The notes beneath the pieces were generated by a model. The model saw only the letters and a list, made by a program, of their open reading frames with translations, searched no databases and was not told the origin of the DNA. DNA of 64,000 nt from Lama glama (Eukaryota): positions 11,844,001 through 11,908,000 of the forward strand of contig CM052816.1 in NCBI GenBank assembly GCA_028534125.1, written 5' to 3'. Both the position numbers and the translations under genes were made by a program. Shown one piece after another: positions 61,861-64,000 of this stretch. Each line of letters starts with the position of its first letter. Position 1 is the first letter of the stretch.

Positions 61861-62251
61861 TCTTATGGGCACAGTTGTGTCCCTCCTACAATTTCACATG
61901 TTGAAGTCCTACATTTTAGTGCATCGGAATGTGACTATATTCAGAAATAGGGCCTTAAAGAGGTAATTAAGGTGAAATGAGGTCATATGGGTATGATCCA
62001 ATAGGACTGGTGTCCTTATGAGAAGAGGAAATTTGGATACACAATGAAGCACAGACCAAGGTGCATCTCTGTGAGCACAGAGCAAGACGGCAGCCACCTG
62101 CAAGTCAAGGAGACTTCAAGGAGAGAGGGCTCTGAAGAAAGTAAACCTGTTGATATCTGCATCTTGGATTTCTAGCTTTCAAAATAAGTTTCTGTTCTTT
62201 AAGTCAGTCAGTCTGTGGTGTATTGTTATGGCGGCTCCGTCAATGAACACA
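61861..62251 (+). mobile_element. MaLR solo LTR (MLT1A/B-like), full length
   Basis: ttatgggcacagttgtgtccctcc...atgttgaagtccta...gaatgtgactatattcagaaatagggcctt...tccaataggactggtgtccttatgagaagagga...cagtctgtggtgtattgttatggc. Confidence 0.9.
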
Positions 62252-63029
62252 TTAGGTAATTGACTGACACCACCTCCAACTGGCCTTCTTCGACTCTGAT
62301 TTCCATTGCTTTCCATGTGTCAAGCTAAGATTTCCTCTGTATTACATTCTAGCTACCATGATCTGTCTTCTTTTTCTTTCTTCTTTACTCAAAGTAATTG
62401 ATAGGCTAGAATATATATGCAAATGCTTTTCATCATCTTTACTAGTGTTATTTATTACTTCCAGCAGCCTGATTAAAATGATGTAAGCCTTTGTGCCAAG
62501 GTGCCCACTTTTTAACCTCTAAGTCTGTGCCTATCTCAAACAGCCGTATAATCCCTTCGAATACTTGGCATGAAAACTGTTGATGAGCAAATGAGAGAAT
62601 TTCTCCCAGCTGCCGTGGGGTCTATAAATTCAAGAGAGCTCATTATTTTCTTTTCTGATGCATAATGTCACTCTAGAAAATTATCATTTAATCAGCAGTA
62701 ATGACTCTCATATTTCTGCAGCACTGCTTGTTAATCTCTCCACCTAGTATAAAGAAAAGTTTTTAGCAATGCAAATAAAGTCACAGCTTAGAAACAGAGC
62801 TGTGGAGAAGGATGGGCTCTTACCCATTCTTCTATTATTATATCTTTAACCTTTGATATTCACAGAAACAAACACTAATTGTACTTTTCCTGATGTACTA
62901 AGTAAGGTTTTCCAGGAAGGGTGGTCAGAAATAGGAGGTGATTCGTTTGATCTTATATTCTTATAAAATATCCAAATGCTTGCATCCTTTGGTCTATTTT
63001 AAGTGTACATGTTTATTGCAATCCTGTGG

Positions 63030-63440
63030 CTTCACATCCTGTAAGCCCTTACCCCCTCATCCTCATTGTGTGCCATTGTCCCTCTTGCTCACCATGCTGT
63101 ATCACTCTAGTCTTCTTGTCCTTGAACATCAAGCTCCTTCCAACCTCAGTGCCTTTGTACATGCTGCAGCTTCGGCCTGTTATAAATTTTCTGTGTTCTT
63201 TTCCTGATGATTTTAGCGTTTAGGGCTCATTTCACTGCCACCTTCCAGAGGAAGCCCTCCCTGAATTCTTCAGGACACAATAGGTTCCATAAGAATTCCC
63301 AAAATATGCATGATATTTTTCTTCAGGATATTGGTTACAATGACATTAAATATAAGTGTTTATAACCAATAATCTATTTGCTCTGCCTGTAATATTTGGA
63401 GAGGCAAAAGCATAGGCTATTTCTTCTGTGACTGTCAATC
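63030..63440 (+). mobile_element. L2 fragment
   Basis: tccttgaacatcaagctccttccaacctcagtgcctttgtacatgctg...tgccaccttccagaggaagccctccctga. Confidence 0.7.
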
Positions 63441-64000
63441 ACACACATGTATCCAGAATGACTTAGTAGTCACATCCAGTTTTCCTATCTGGGACCTGCA
63501 CTCTTCTTTTCTTCCCTGAAGTACCTGAGCCCCACACCCCCAACACCACCATCCAGAGGGCTCCCTTTCTTCCTCCTCAACTTTCAGTTCAGACAGTTGG
63601 TCATTTGGTTGCATTAGATTTTCTTCAGAACTTGGGGTAGGTGGTAGAGAGCAGGGCGGCTGGAGGACTGAGAGGGCTTCAGACTAGAAGAGGAGAATAC
63701 AGGGAAGCATCTGCTTCCAGTCTGGTGAACAAGGAGCATAGAAAGGAACATCTGAAAGACCAAGGAATCTCTTCCTTAGTAATATTGGCCGCTTCTTAAC
63801 AGTAATTCCAGAAACAATAATTTGAGTGTCCTTGCTAATGTTTCTTCGGGCCTCTCCCAATCAGAGTGATTTTTCTAAAATACAATTATGGGCCCAAACT
63901 TGAAATTGCTTCAGTGGCTCCCCCTGCCCTTTAGGATGATGTAGAGTAATGTGTACACATTTCAGCGTGGAGGAAACAAGTTCCTCCGGGATCTCATGAG

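Noticed and set aside
1..64000. CRISPR arrays, operons or other prokaryote-style systems
   Set aside because: The sequence is mammalian and repeat-rich, with no repeat-spacer array and no gene-dense ORFs.

Overview
Non-coding mammalian genomic DNA, AT-rich and CpG-poor, with two 500-N assembly gaps. It is most likely from a camelid: there are three copies of a tRNA-Ala-derived SINE of the camelid Vic type and young artiodactyl-type L1 3' ends, and I recognised no Alu, B1/B2, Bov-tA/BovB or PRE-1. I found no credible protein-coding exon, tRNA or rRNA, so the window is intronic or intergenic and I cannot name the locus. The ORF-track entries look like chance ORFs, repeat-derived ORFs or read-through of N-runs. 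A large fraction of the window is transposon-derived (MIR, L2, L1, MaLR/ERVL solo LTRs, hAT fossils). Family names and boundaries come from recall of consensus sequences, not from a RepeatMasker run, and are approximate. The main observations are: (1) a ~140-bp, ~84% identical inverted duplication of apparently unique sequence (51591-51730 / 53255-53392) bracketing a 1.5-kb MIR-containing spacer; (2) a tail-to-tail inverted L1 pair about 1 kb upstream of it; (3) a twin-primed, 5'-inverted L1 with TSDs; (4) a young TSD-flanked L1 that bridges the first gap and implies the gap is undersized; (5) two polypyrimidine-TAG|GTAAG recursive-splice-site-like motifs on the + strand. I see no evidence for a novel protein-coding system.
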